In this document: positions 48,300-59,321 of the stretch, in pieces
How positions within the stretch are numbered: position 1 is the stretch's first letter
How the letters are laid out: each line of letters begins with the position of its first letter
Source of the DNA: Tortispora ganteri
Taxonomy: Eukaryota
DNA: 64,000 nucleotides
Direction of reading: 5' to 3'
NCBI GenBank assembly: GCA_003707115.1
Contig: PPNB01000001.1
Coordinates: forward strand, 434,001 to 498,000
Position numbers and translations under genes: made by a program
Notes under the pieces: model-generated
The model's database searches: none
Seen by the model: the letters and a program-made list of their open reading frames with translations, nothing else
What the model was told of the DNA's origin: nothing

Positions 48300-49709
48300 A
48301 TGGATGAGGATTACATTGGATTCGAGTCGGACAACAATGAGACATCTTCAAAGCGGAGATTGAGTGATTCTGATGACGCTGAGAGGCGTTCTAAGTTTGC
48401 ACGGGTGGAGGAAACAGTGCCGCCGTGGAAAAAGAACAATGAACCCTACTACGGACGCGGGATAGATATTCTCACTAAAGAGATTTTGGACTTTGTCGAG
48501 TACATTTCGCCTACCGAAGAAGACATAGCTGTGCGCGAGAGAATAATTAAGGATGTTAAGGAATGTGTTAAAGAGCTGTGGCCAGCGGCGACCGTTCAAG
48601 TGTTTGGATCATACGGTGCAGGACTGTACTTGCCCGAGAGTGATATTGATTTGGTGGTGTTTATGCACCAAACAAAACTGAAACGCGGGTCATGGCTGAA
48701 AACACTTGCTAATGCACTGACAAAGAAAGGAAATTGCAAGTCTATTAACGTGATCAGTCACGCAAGGGTGCCGATCATCAAGTTCGTCGACAAGCAGTCG
48801 CATATTCCGGTGGACGTGTCGTTGGACATAAACTCCGGTGTGAGCTCTACAGCTGTTGTTAAAGAGTGGATACGTATAACTCCGGGGTTACGGCATCTTA
48901 CAATTGTAATGAAAACGCTGCTACGGCAGCGTGGATTAAACGAAGTGTACCAGGGTGGACTGGGATCGTTCTCTCTGCTGTGTATGATGATGGCATTCCT
49001 ACGCCAGCACCCGCTCAACCAGAAGGGGAAGATAGACCCTATGGAGAATCTTGGTGTGCTTCTGATTGAATTCTGTGAACTTTACGGGATCAAGTTCAAC
49101 TACAATGCGACATCTATTGCGTGCCACTCCTCTGGCGCGGTAGCATTCACACCTAAAAAGTACGAAATATCTAACATCGAATATGTCAGCCGCGGAAAGG
49201 GAAACCACATATCCTCACGGCTCGTGATACGCGACCCACTCGATATCCACAACAACGTCGCCCGCAGCTCACACAAAATGATATACGTGGAATATTACTT
49301 CCGCGAGCTGTATAACGTACTGTCAATCAGATGCGCCATGCTCGGTCGCGGCGGCTCAACTTACGGTGAAACGACATCACTGCTGCAAGAAGTACTCAAC
49401 CCTGACGATCTCAGACAGCCCGCATACTCACCAAGTCCCGCCAGCCCTGTATCACTGAACGCTGATGACCTAGAAGAGATCGATGCTCTAGACAAGGAAG
49501 ACTCTGAGGTTGGTCCGTCGTCTACAGTGGAAGACTACATTGAAATTGGGTCGGATAGCGACGAGAATGAAGTTATTGAGGAGAACGTGGACGACAGCGA
49601 CGACGCGGTATCAAGAACCAAATCTACGCTCAGTATTGGGGTTCGACGACAATACTGGGCAAACAAAGCACAGCCGCAGGCAACGGATTTAGATCTCAGT
49701 TACGACTAA
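48300..49709 (+). CDS. TRF4: Non-canonical poly(A) polymerase Trf4/5 (TRAMP)
   Basis: FGSY..GLYLPESDIDLV, ARVPIIKF, GGLGSFS, NLGVLLIEF; first ATG 48300. Confidence 0.88.
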   Translation: MDEDYIGFESDNNETSSKRRLSDSDDAERRSKFARVEETVPPWKKNNEPYYGRGIDILTKEILDFVEYISPTEEDIAVRERIIKDVKECVKELWPAATVQVFGSYGAGLYLPESDIDLVVFMHQTKLKRGSWLKTLANALTKKGNCKSINVISHARVPIIKFVDKQSHIPVDVSLDINSGVSSTAVVKEWIRITPGLRHLTIVMKTLLRQRGLNEVYQGGLGSFSLLCMMMAFLRQHPLNQKGKIDPMENLGVLLIEFCELYGIKFNYNATSIACHSSGAVAFTPKKYEISNIEYVSRGKGNHISSRLVIRDPLDIHNNVARSSHKMIYVEYYFRELYNVLSIRCAMLGRGGSTYGETTSLLQEVLNPDDLRQPAYSPSPASPVSLNADDLEEIDALDKEDSEVGPSSTVEDYIEIGSDSDENEVIEENVDDSDDAVSRTKSTLSIGVRRQYWANKAQPQATDLDLSYD

Positions 49710-49917
49710 GTCCTCCGGCCCGATTGCCAAGAAACTGATCTTACTCTCGATCTCAATTAATGGATCTGCTATAGGTGGGTTGGGGCAAACATCCGAACTA
49801 GCCTGATAACGCCTTCAGCGCTGGGTGTTGCCTCATCAAAACCCATATACCTCGACCCACCCCAGACTAAAAACTTTGCTCCCACCAAAACTTCCAAATC
49901 CAGGCCGTTTGTGTGAT

Positions 49918-51480
49918 ATGACAGCGCTAGATAACCACTTGAAACCCTGGGTTGTGCAGAAATACGGCGGTACTAGTATCGGAAAAAGTGCTGTCAGTAT
50001 TGTCGAGAACATTGTCGCGGTGTACTCCAAAGACTACAGGGTAGCCGTTGTATGTTCGGCTCGAAGCACTAATACCAAGGCAGAAGGTACTACCAGTCGG
50101 CTATTACGGGCCACAGATCTCTGCCTTCAGGCCACTCCCTCTCAACTACAGGAAAACGAGCTGCCCGCACACACACAGCTCGTAGAGGCTATCCGCCTAG
50201 ACCACCTGGCGGCCGCCAAACGAGACGTTAAAGATCCGCAGATACGCTCACAACTGGAAGCAGAATTCAACTCACAGTGCGATTCGCTTAATAAAATCCT
50301 GAATGCTGCGCAAGTTATCGACGAAATTTCGGCACGTACTAGAGACTCTGTTATGGGCGTGGGCGAAAAGCTCAGCTGTCTCTACATGACGGCGCTCCTA
50401 CGCGACTTCGGCATTCCGGCTGAGTTTATCAACCTCGATAGAATAGTGCCATCTGACTACAAATCATCGGACGAAGGACTCTCCCAGAACTTCTATGACG
50501 CAATATCTGCCAGAATTACTGACCTCATAAATGAAAAGTGTCCTAACGGCGAAGTGCCTGTCATCACAGGCTATTTTGGCCTCGTCCCGGGATCTTTGTT
50601 GAACGCTGTGGGAAGAGGTTATACGGACCTCTGCGCTGCCTTGACAGCATCTGGATTGCAAGCAAGTGAACTCCAAGTCTGGAAAGAAGTCGACGGTATA
50701 TTCACTGCCGATCCACGCAAAGTTCCTACCGCTAGACTGCTTTCCACCATCACGCCAGAAGAAGCATCTGAATTGACTTACTACGGGTCGGAAGTTATCC
50801 ATCCGTTCACTATGGAGCAGGTCATCCGGCATAGAATCCCAATTAGAATCATGAACGTCGAAAACCCATCCGGTTGCGGCACCGTGATTTTCCCCGATAA
50901 CGAGTCTCGGCGCGGCGAAGAAACGCCGCCCCACCCACCAGCAGCACTCAGCAGAATTGCCAGCGGCTTTTTCACCCAGACGAGTAGCAAACAGCCTACT
51001 GCTGTTACTACAAAGCACAACATAACAGTGATTAATGTTCACAGCAACAAACGCACGCTGTCTCATGGGTTCCTTGCATCTATTTTTGCTATAATGGATA
51101 AGCACTGCCTGGTCGTGGATTTAATCTCTACATCAGAAGTACATGTATCTATGGCGCTTCATTCAGATTCGGAGTATCAGGATTTCCATGAAGCAGTTCA
51201 AAGTCTGCGCAAGCTCGGACACGTGGACGTTATTCGAAAAATGTGTATCGTGTCTCTTGTGGGAAAGCAAATGAAACAGTTATTAGGTATTGCTGGTCGC
51301 ATGTTCACGACGCTGGGCGATGCAGGCGTTAATTTAGAGATGATATCTCAAGGTGCTAGTGAGATTAACATTTCATGTGTCATCCGAGAAGACGAGGAGT
51401 TGAAGGCGTTGAACGTTTTACATCAGCACTTGCTGTGTCAGCCGCTTTTGCACGAATCGGTCTCCTCTTTACGAATATAA
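49918..51480 (+). CDS. HOM3: Aspartate kinase
   Basis: VQKYGGTSIG, GRGYTD, WKEVDGIFTADP, two ACT domains (SQGASEINISC); first ATG 49918. Confidence 0.95.
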   Translation: MTALDNHLKPWVVQKYGGTSIGKSAVSIVENIVAVYSKDYRVAVVCSARSTNTKAEGTTSRLLRATDLCLQATPSQLQENELPAHTQLVEAIRLDHLAAAKRDVKDPQIRSQLEAEFNSQCDSLNKILNAAQVIDEISARTRDSVMGVGEKLSCLYMTALLRDFGIPAEFINLDRIVPSDYKSSDEGLSQNFYDAISARITDLINEKCPNGEVPVITGYFGLVPGSLLNAVGRGYTDLCAALTASGLQASELQVWKEVDGIFTADPRKVPTARLLSTITPEEASELTYYGSEVIHPFTMEQVIRHRIPIRIMNVENPSGCGTVIFPDNESRRGEETPPHPPAALSRIASGFFTQTSSKQPTAVTTKHNITVINVHSNKRTLSHGFLASIFAIMDKHCLVVDLISTSEVHVSMALHSDSEYQDFHEAVQSLRKLGHVDVIRKMCIVSLVGKQMKQLLGIAGRMFTTLGDAGVNLEMISQGASEINISCVIREDEELKALNVLHQHLLCQPLLHESVSSLRI

Positions 51481-51513
51481 ATCATGTTTTTTTTTAAAAA
51501 AAATTTCTTTCCT

Positions 51514-51987
51514 TTAGAAGCCAAATCTAGATAACCCTTCTTCTTCGCCTTCGACTTCTTCTAGTTGGTCTTGTTTAGCAATTCGCCTTAATGCATCTCG
51601 TTTGGAAACCTCAACTAGCTCGCCGGCAATTAGCAGCTCGTCAAGAATGTAGTATGCTCTGTGGAAGTTGAATATTATATCCAGTTCACACACATTGCCA
51701 AAATACTTGTCCATCTGCTCCACATATCGATGGATTATTTCTAATGTGGCAAACTCGTTGTCGGAATTGTCCACGCCTACTGCGAAATATAGCGACGCAT
51801 ACCGTCTATACACTACCTTCGTGTCTTTATACTCAACGAAGTTACACATCTTTGCCTTCCTTGCGAGCACTAGCATCGCCACTTCGCGTGCAGTCTTATT
51901 TTTCTCTTTTTGCGACATAACAATAAACCATTTCGCAAGCCTGACTTTCCCTTGTCTAGAGAACAATATAAGGTACTTGATCGCCAT
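51514..51987 (-). CDS. APS1: AP-1 adaptor sigma subunit
   Basis: MAIKYLILFSRQGKVRLAKWF, YRRYASLYF, YFGNVCELDIIFNF. Confidence 0.92.
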   Translation of the reverse strand: MAIKYLILFSRQGKVRLAKWFIVMSQKEKNKTAREVAMLVLARKAKMCNFVEYKDTKVVYRRYASLYFAVGVDNSDNEFATLEIIHRYVEQMDKYFGNVCELDIIFNFHRAYYILDELLIAGELVEVSKRDALRRIAKQDQLEEVEGEEEGLSRFGF

Positions 51988-52298
51988 TCTACCTGTCCTG
52001 TCGGGTGTTAGGTTCCCACTGGTAGTGTTTCTTTCGCCCAACACTCCCTTGTCGAGACTGTCGTCGACTTTTTACCACCCTATTTTCCGCTATTCTTATG
52101 ATACGTATTCTAAAAGACAAAGCATCCAGGTACTCATTTTTTTGCTATCCGTAGCACCTTTAGCCCCTCATTTGCTACTGATTGCGCAAGGCGCAAAAAT
52201 TTAACTAAACACTATTTAGTACCCTCAGCTTATATTTCTCGTGACATATATTGTCTTCGTAAACAGACAGGTAACTGATCTGTGGAGCAGGGTTAGGG

Positions 52299-52385
52299 TC
52301 CCGCGTAGCTCAGTCGGTAGAGCGTTCGGCTTTTAAGACAATTAAGGCCACCGAAATGTCCAGGGTTCGAGCCCCTGCGTGGGAG
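52299..52385 (+). tRNA. tRNA-Lys(TTT) with a 14-nt intron (52336-52349)
   Basis: Acceptor TCCCGCG/CGTGGGA-G; D arm GCTCAGTCGGTAGAGC; anticodon arm TTCGG-CTTTTA^A-CCGAA; T arm CAGGG-TTCGAGC-CCCTG; 73 nt after splicing. Confidence 0.94.
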
Positions 52386-52474
52386 ATCTTGCTTCTTTTT
52401 TATTTTCTATTTTTTTGGAAATACTATATGGAAAGACTACATGAATTCTCAGTTGAAAGGTTCTTTTTTCTTTT

Positions 52475-52513
52475 ATTCTTTGATTCTTTGATTCTTTGAT
52501 TCTTTGATTCTTT
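52475..52513. repeat. (ATTCTTTG)x~5 tandem repeat
   Basis: Four perfect 8-mers plus a 7-nt partial copy. Confidence 0.9.
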
Positions 52514-52602
52514 TAATCATTAGATTTAGTTAACCAATGGCCTCATTCACCACCCACAGTGTGCATATCTTTACCTAACAGGGTAGTTCGCGTATATCTA
52601 AA

Positions 52603-52646
52603 TGATCCGCCAAGGTTTTGCGTGCAACTATTGATCCGCCAAGGTT
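52603..52646. repeat. 15-bp perfect direct repeat TGATCCGCCAAGGTT
   Basis: Copies at 52603-52617 and 52632-52646; a further CCAAGG at 52649-52654. Confidence 0.9.
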
Positions 52647-52832
52647 CCCCAAGGAATTGCTAAATAAATATATAAATATATAAATATATATATATATTGG
52701 TATTTAGAGATTATAATATATAACATTGCGCTGCGTCATAACAGTGCTGTTTCTGTGTTTTTTACAAAACTGATACAAAAACATGCAGTTATAGATTTAT
52801 AAGTTACGCAAGATCTAAATAAGTTAAAAGGC

Positions 52833-54452
52833 TTAACCAGAACGGCCCTGGAAGTGCTTGAGCTCATCGGTGTCATAGTCATAGACCTCCTTTCCTTCGA
52901 AGAAAGTTTTCTTGACGATGGTTGTAGCAATTTCTTCAGCAGACAGCAAGTCGCGGTCCAAGATGATGAAGTTAGCAAGCTTTCCAGGCTCAATTGTGCC
53001 CTCAGCTTTTTCGCGGCCTACCGCAAAAGCACCATCGATAGTGACGATCTTAACGAGTTGTTCGCGGGTCATTTCCCATCCCTTTCGTCCTTCGAGCAAA
53101 GCCTGGAGCGCAGGGAAGATGTTAGGAGTCTCAGGAGCGAATACCCAATCGGAACCGATAGTGATAAGAGCTCCTTCGTCGCGCAGACCGGTGAAAGGAT
53201 AAACAGACATGGGGTTGTACTCGGGCTGGTAGTCCTTATCGTGCCAGACAGCAGGGGACATTTCAGCGGTGATTCTAAGCTCCTTGTAGCGCTTGAAATC
53301 GTCAGGGTGGACGTCCATATTGTGAGCGATCTCGTGACGAACACCGTTAGGACGTTTAGCACGGATCTTCTCAAAAGTATTTAAAGCATGGCGAGCAGAT
53401 CCCTGTCCGCAGCAGTGTACCTTGCAAGTGCGGCCCTCCTTGTCGAGACGGTCGATAGCCATATCGAAAACCTGGAGAGGAACGAGGATCTTTTTGTAGT
53501 CAGGCTGGTCAGGGTTCTCCTCGTCAAGAGGGCAGTGAGTGAGATGAGGGTACCATGGGACACCATCGAGCCAGAACTTAACCATGTTGGGGTTGAAGTG
53601 CTTGGTGGCATATTTATGGGCGTTGTTGATCGACTTGATGAGGGTGTCGGGAATTTCCTGAGAGAAAGCCCATCCCCAGTAGACGACGTGGGCATCGAGG
53701 TTGATGGTCATTTTTCCTGCCTCGTCGAGAGCTTTAGCTGCTTCCAAATATACAGCGTTAGCAGAGGCTTCCTGCACAGCAGTGAAACCAAAGCGGTTAG
53801 CCATCTTGACACCGTACTCCAACGCCTCAATGTGGGACTCCGGAGTGCCCTTAGGGATAGCAGCCCACATGTTCTTAGCCGCACCTTCTACGAGCTCACC
53901 GGTGATGGATCCATCGGGGCGGCGGACGTAGTAACCGTCCCAGGGATCATCTGGTGGGTTGTCAACATCGTAACCGGCAGCCTTGAGAGCAGCAGTGTTA
54001 GCAAAGATGTTGTGAGTGGTGTATTCACGGATCACAACCGGTTGATCTCCGAAAGCCTTGTCGAGGAACTCACGATCAGGTTTTTCATCGGGGAAGTTAG
54101 CGTAGTGGTAGAAATTGCCGATAAGCCAGTTGCCGACAGTTTCGAGATGGTTGCAAGATCCAGCATAGGCCTTGAAGCGATCTACGACTTCCTTGGGACC
54201 GGCATCGAGGCCGAGTTTGGCTTCGAAGAGCTTCTCCTGGGAAGCGATGAGCAAGTGGCAGTGGGCGTCGTGCATACCGGGCATGACGAACTGTCCCTTG
54301 AGATCGACAACGTTGGAAGGGGCTTTAGCGGTTATTTCCTCGGTGGTGCCTACCTCGCCGAAGGTGCCATCTTCCTTTACAAGGAAGGCTTCAGCCCAGG
54401 GCTTGGAAGGGTCGACAGTGTATACTTTTGCGTTAACGTAAGCGGTGGCCAT
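52833..54452 (-). CDS. Amidohydrolase-3 / YtcJ-like metallohydrolase
   Basis: VDLKG..VMPGMHDAHCH, VKFWLDG, VHCCG, RHEIAH, IGSDW, GTIEPGKLANFIILDRD; no intron. Confidence 0.9.
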   Translation of the reverse strand: MATAYVNAKVYTVDPSKPWAEAFLVKEDGTFGEVGTTEEITAKAPSNVVDLKGQFVMPGMHDAHCHLLIASQEKLFEAKLGLDAGPKEVVDRFKAYAGSCNHLETVGNWLIGNFYHYANFPDEKPDREFLDKAFGDQPVVIREYTTHNIFANTAALKAAGYDVDNPPDDPWDGYYVRRPDGSITGELVEGAAKNMWAAIPKGTPESHIEALEYGVKMANRFGFTAVQEASANAVYLEAAKALDEAGKMTINLDAHVVYWGWAFSQEIPDTLIKSINNAHKYATKHFNPNMVKFWLDGVPWYPHLTHCPLDEENPDQPDYKKILVPLQVFDMAIDRLDKEGRTCKVHCCGQGSARHALNTFEKIRAKRPNGVRHEIAHNMDVHPDDFKRYKELRITAEMSPAVWHDKDYQPEYNPMSVYPFTGLRDEGALITIGSDWVFAPETPNIFPALQALLEGRKGWEMTREQLVKIVTIDGAFAVGREKAEGTIEPGKLANFIILDRDLLSAEEIATTIVKKTFFEGKEVYDYDTDELKHFQGRSG

Positions 54453-57072
54453 TTTTGAGCAGAGCTAAGTGTTGCGAGAAAAAGAAATTCGAGAGAATAA
54501 TGCGTAATTATATATATAAGCAGATGCAGAGCAAAGTAGCGGTCGAAGGTAATAACTGCCAATACAGGTAGAGAGTAGCACGTAAGCGTTTCAAATTTCC
54601 ATTTTGGGTTACTTGGTTAACCAAGCGGAGCAAGTTCCGGGTAGACCGTAACAGTGAATTGAGTTTCGGTGGACCACTCTTAGTGCATCACAGTCTTATC
54701 TATTAACTTTGTTAGTAATCTTATCGGTGAGGAGTTGTGTTACTGGCCAATCATAACGTCTGAGGATCTAATTCAGTCTTTCCACTACTCAATTCGGCAA
54801 TGAGATACCTACAGACATAATAATTATACTTTTGCGAGCTACATCTGTGCACATGAACACTGATTAGTATTAGCAACTGCGTATCGCTGTGCTGCGATCG
54901 AATACTATTACCGCGAGCAGTAACACTAAGAACACACTCAGCAATGATCTGTATCGGGTTTTTGTTTCCTCAAATCCTCACATACAGTGCGCGAAAGATA
55001 TTGAGATAGAGCTAGCTAACAAAATAAAACAGCAAAAACAACTGAGCAGTCTCAGCTCAGCTACTGCCAAGTTCAATCCTCGTGTCGCAACGCTACGAAA
55101 CCGCCATCAACTGTACCTGCAACAACCCGCTCACTACACATTTCCTTAACTGTATCAACCCCAGATTTTTTTATAATCAGCACTAGTATCTTGGCCTACT
55201 TGTTACCCCCATCTTGTTCTACAAACAGCAACTACTGGAGCGCTCCGGATTAGTCTTAACATTCGGTAGCGTGAACTTTCACCGGCATAAAGTTTTCTTT
55301 GTGGCTGTTGCCGCGGGCCAAAATTGCATTTTCTCAGTGGTAGCTGCGAAAAATAATAGAGACAGAAAACCAACAGAATAAAACAAAACTAGCCGGTACG
55401 ATGGAAAAATAGAAATCTAATTTGTTGCTGTTAAACGCCTTAATATCGTACGTTTTCAAGAGTTCGCACTAGACGCTATTGTCTCTCTTGCCCTAAAATA
55501 TTCAATCATAGCCAAATGGACAAGCCAATCAAAAGCCACATATCGTCGCCTAAAAGGCCCGTTTATCTAACAGCGTATCGGAAGAACACCCCACTCCTTT
55601 TACGTGATTCGTCTGCTGCAGAAGTAAATAGGAAGAAGGCGTCCTTGTCGCGTGAATGCCAAGCCGGAGATACTAGCTATCCGTAGTTGTGATTCGGTGA
55701 CTAGGTGGGCTTTTCATATTAAAGTTAACAGCTGAGCTGACCTTAGTAGACGTGCCGCCACATAATACTAGCCCCAACCCGGGGATTATCGGCTTGTAGG
55801 TATGCTGATATTGTCTCAGTACATATTCTTGTTGCATTCCAGTCAGAATATGCCGCATAATGAGCAGTTTGTGTCCAGTCACCGTTCTGGATATATATTT
55901 GCTCAGTGGGATTAAACGATTTCTTGGGTCTATTCAAACTCTAATAAGATCAAAACACCAATACAATAAAGAAGTTCTCGTATGTAGTTAGCTGCTTCTG
56001 AACCTTAAGTTGTCTGTTGCTACACATATGAAATATATTTTCGATGGCAACGTACATCTGAAGGGATCACGTCTAGGATTCAGTATGCTGCGTGTGCATT
56101 TATATGAAAAAAAAACTTGTCTTTTTGTAGCTGTGAAGGGCTCTCTGTATCCGTAGACAGTTGCGGCGCTATGGAGGTTGCTTGTAGAGGCTTAAGGTGA
56201 TGAGATTTGAACTAGTTGAAGCCGCTGTGAAATTTGCAGCGCATACGTAGAGTGACCTTCGGGTAATGGCAGTGGTGTTTATCAATATTAGTGCTACATG
56301 CGTAGATAGTAGGATACGCCAGGTCACACAACATTCGAAATAGCTTCGGATGCGAGAAAGATACATACTTCGGCAACCACCACAATCCCCATGTGGATCT
56401 GTATTTAGATAACTCTAATTGAGTGGAATTATGCGACCTTGACACACTGACACATCGTCTATTTCATCAGTAATACTGTCTGACGCGCATAGAGATCAAT
56501 TAAAGGTTCTATAGGCTGAAAAGAGAAGATTGAGGAAGTTGTTGCGATCCTGGGGAAGTAAGAGAACATAAGATTTAAAGATAAGAGATAGGGAAAGGAC
56601 GTAAATCCTCCATCCGATCGACTTAAAACTCTATGAGAATAATTTAGCTAGTGGGCAATCAGCAAGCGATCGCTAAAGTTGAAGCTAAGCTGGTAACAAT
56701 AGCTTAGAACGCATACAGCTGTACCTGAAGCAGACCGATAATAGTCGCGTAGATGGATGTTAAACTTTGCAGTGGCCGATGTATACGCCTAAAATGGCAA
56801 TAATAAAGATTAAGTTCATGCCGCAATTTCCTAAATAGGATGTTGTTTCCTGCTGCTTATCTTCCTACCGGTTACAGCAATGGGCATCTTATTGCCTATT
56901 TCTTCAATTATCGATTCATGGTCAAACACTATTCGATCTCCGATACTGCTATCAAGATAGTAAGGTTTGACGACTGATCGCATCGTACTCAAATTATAAA
57001 AGGACATGCATGCCCGCATCTATTTAATACTTCCATCGCGCCTTTCCATAAAATCGTCGCCCTACAGCACAT

Positions 57073-58737
57073 ATGAAGGTCCCCGAAATTAACGAAGAGG
57101 TCATCCCAGGTACCGTTCACCTGGTTGATTTACAAGGAACTCTCAATGTCAAGCACGAAGATGGTCACAAGGACATTGTCCTGATCCCACAGCCTACGCG
57201 CGACCCCGAAGACCCGCTCAACTGGTCTAAAAAGCGCAAACTTCTCTGCGCTATGAGTCTTATGATCGCAGTATTCTCGGCCGATGTGCTCACTACTGCG
57301 CTCTCGCCCGCCCTTCTGGTTATTGAAGCAGACACTGGTATTAGCTTATCTACGCTGAATCAGGGTATTGGTGTACAGTACCTATTCTTCGGCTGGGCCA
57401 CCGTCATCTGGCAACCGCTTGCCTTGACATTCGGTCGTCGCCCTGTTATTCTCTTTGGCCAACTCGGCTGTATCCTTTTCACCGTCTGGAGTGCCTACGT
57501 CAAGTCTGGTGGCGAATGGTACGTTAATCGTCTGCTTGCGGGTGCTTTCTATGGCCCTATTGAAACTACGATCGAAATCTGCATTGCTGATATCTATTTC
57601 CTCCACGAGCGCGGTAACTGGATTGGTGCCTACTGCTGGACTCTGTTCAACATTCCTTTCCTTGCTGGTATCGCCGCTGGTTTCATCGCGAGCAACCTCG
57701 GCTGGCAATGGATTCAGTTTATCGCCTCCATTATTGGTGCCGGCTGCTTGATTATCATATTCTTCTGCCTCGAGGAAACTATGTACTACAGACCTCCGGT
57801 ACAAGACGAACTCATCGACATCCTGGCTAGCACAACACACGACATAGAGTCCGCTGGCGGTTCTGTCGCTGCACCTGTTACTGAAAAGGCTGATCCTACT
57901 GAAGTCGATGTCAACCAGGCTAATTCTGACGGCGAATCCGAAGAAGAAACCGTCGTCTACCACAAAAAGACTTACATGGAAAGACTCAAATGCTGGGGTG
58001 CCCGTCATCCCGACCAGCCAAACCATTTCTGGCGCTCAATGTACATGCCGTTCCTTCTTATCAGGTTCCCTGCTATCCTTTATTCAGGTATCACTGTAGG
58101 TGCCATTCTATCTTGGTTCAACGTCGTCAACGCTACTATTGCACTTATTCTTGCCGCACCTCCCTACAATTTCTCTACCAATATGACTGGTGTAATGTTC
58201 ATCGCGCCCGCCATCGGTATCACCATTGGTTCGTACTTCTCAGGATGGGCTGGTGACACTCTTGCTATCTGGATGGCTAGACGCAACGGAGGTATTCGCG
58301 AACCAGAACACCGTATCTGGATTTTCTTGATTCCTTTCATTGTCCATCCGGGCGGCTGTATCCTCTATGGTGTTGGTGCCAATCACGGAATCCATTGGAT
58401 TGGTTTGGCATTCGGCTTGGGCATGATTTGCAGCACTTTCCCCATCGGATCGGCTATTGCCATCAACTATATCATCGATTCATACAAGGAAGTCTCTGGT
58501 GACGGTCTTGTCACTATGATCTGTATCCGTAACTCTATGGGTTTCGGATTCTCCTATGGTGTCACTCCTTGGATCAATGCCTGCGGTGTTCAGGATACCT
58601 ACATTGCGCTTGCCTTTTTGGGTATGTTCTTCTGGGGTATCTCGTTGGTTATGATCTTCTGGGGTAAGAAGATGCGCAAAGCTTCTGCTCGCCACTACTG
58701 GCAGTTTGTCGAGAAGTACGGTCTCAAAGCTCACTAA
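57073..58737 (+). CDS. MFS transporter, HOL1-like
   Basis: IPGTVHL...IVLIPQPT.DP.DPLNWS, FGRRP, DIYFLHERG, RRNGGIREPE.R, YIIDSY. Confidence 0.88.
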   Translation: MKVPEINEEVIPGTVHLVDLQGTLNVKHEDGHKDIVLIPQPTRDPEDPLNWSKKRKLLCAMSLMIAVFSADVLTTALSPALLVIEADTGISLSTLNQGIGVQYLFFGWATVIWQPLALTFGRRPVILFGQLGCILFTVWSAYVKSGGEWYVNRLLAGAFYGPIETTIEICIADIYFLHERGNWIGAYCWTLFNIPFLAGIAAGFIASNLGWQWIQFIASIIGAGCLIIIFFCLEETMYYRPPVQDELIDILASTTHDIESAGGSVAAPVTEKADPTEVDVNQANSDGESEEETVVYHKKTYMERLKCWGARHPDQPNHFWRSMYMPFLLIRFPAILYSGITVGAILSWFNVVNATIALILAAPPYNFSTNMTGVMFIAPAIGITIGSYFSGWAGDTLAIWMARRNGGIREPEHRIWIFLIPFIVHPGGCILYGVGANHGIHWIGLAFGLGMICSTFPIGSAIAINYIIDSYKEVSGDGLVTMICIRNSMGFGFSYGVTPWINACGVQDTYIALAFLGMFFWGISLVMIFWGKKMRKASARHYWQFVEKYGLKAH

Positions 58738-59321
58738 ATGTAAGCATAGCGCCGGTCTCTTAAATAATATATATTTATAGAAACTTTTCGGGCTTGGAGA
58801 ACTTTAACTGTTTTGTTTTGTGTTATTTATTTGCTGTTATAGCTTCCTATACATGGCATTGTTTGTTAAATTTAGAGCTTAAACGCTGAATTGTCTTGTA
58901 GTGTCGAACAAACCATATAGCAACCACATAGCAACCACAAGACAAAAGAGCAGTTTATGAGGTACGTAAACTGTCATACTTCTTCTAGCTGTCAGATTTT
59001 TTATATAATAGAGTTATTGAAACAGTAATCACATTAAGTAAGTATGATATATATATATTATGATAAAATACCTTTTTATGCACTATGAAACAAGCAATTA
59101 AGCAGGATTGACTTGTGCAATGGCGTAAAAACAGTTTGCCTCACCGAAATGTCAATGGTTTAAGGTTTTGGTCGTGATACCCTGCGTTACGCGGCTAAGT
59201 TTCGTGTTTGACCTCTTTCACAATTTCGCGAATTACAGTGCTTCAGATTGTTCTTTGAATATTTTAGATTGTCAAAGAACTTTTTATACTCGAAGATTAT
59301 AAAATAATACATTTATTAGAA

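Noticed and set aside
53388..54458. 356-aa plus-strand ORF (and 52854-53384)
   Set aside because: In-register antisense to the amidohydrolase; explained by codon bias.
55673..56445. Cluster of short minus-strand ORFs as a pseudogene
   Set aside because: No recognisable motifs in any frame I translated; cannot be supported without a search.
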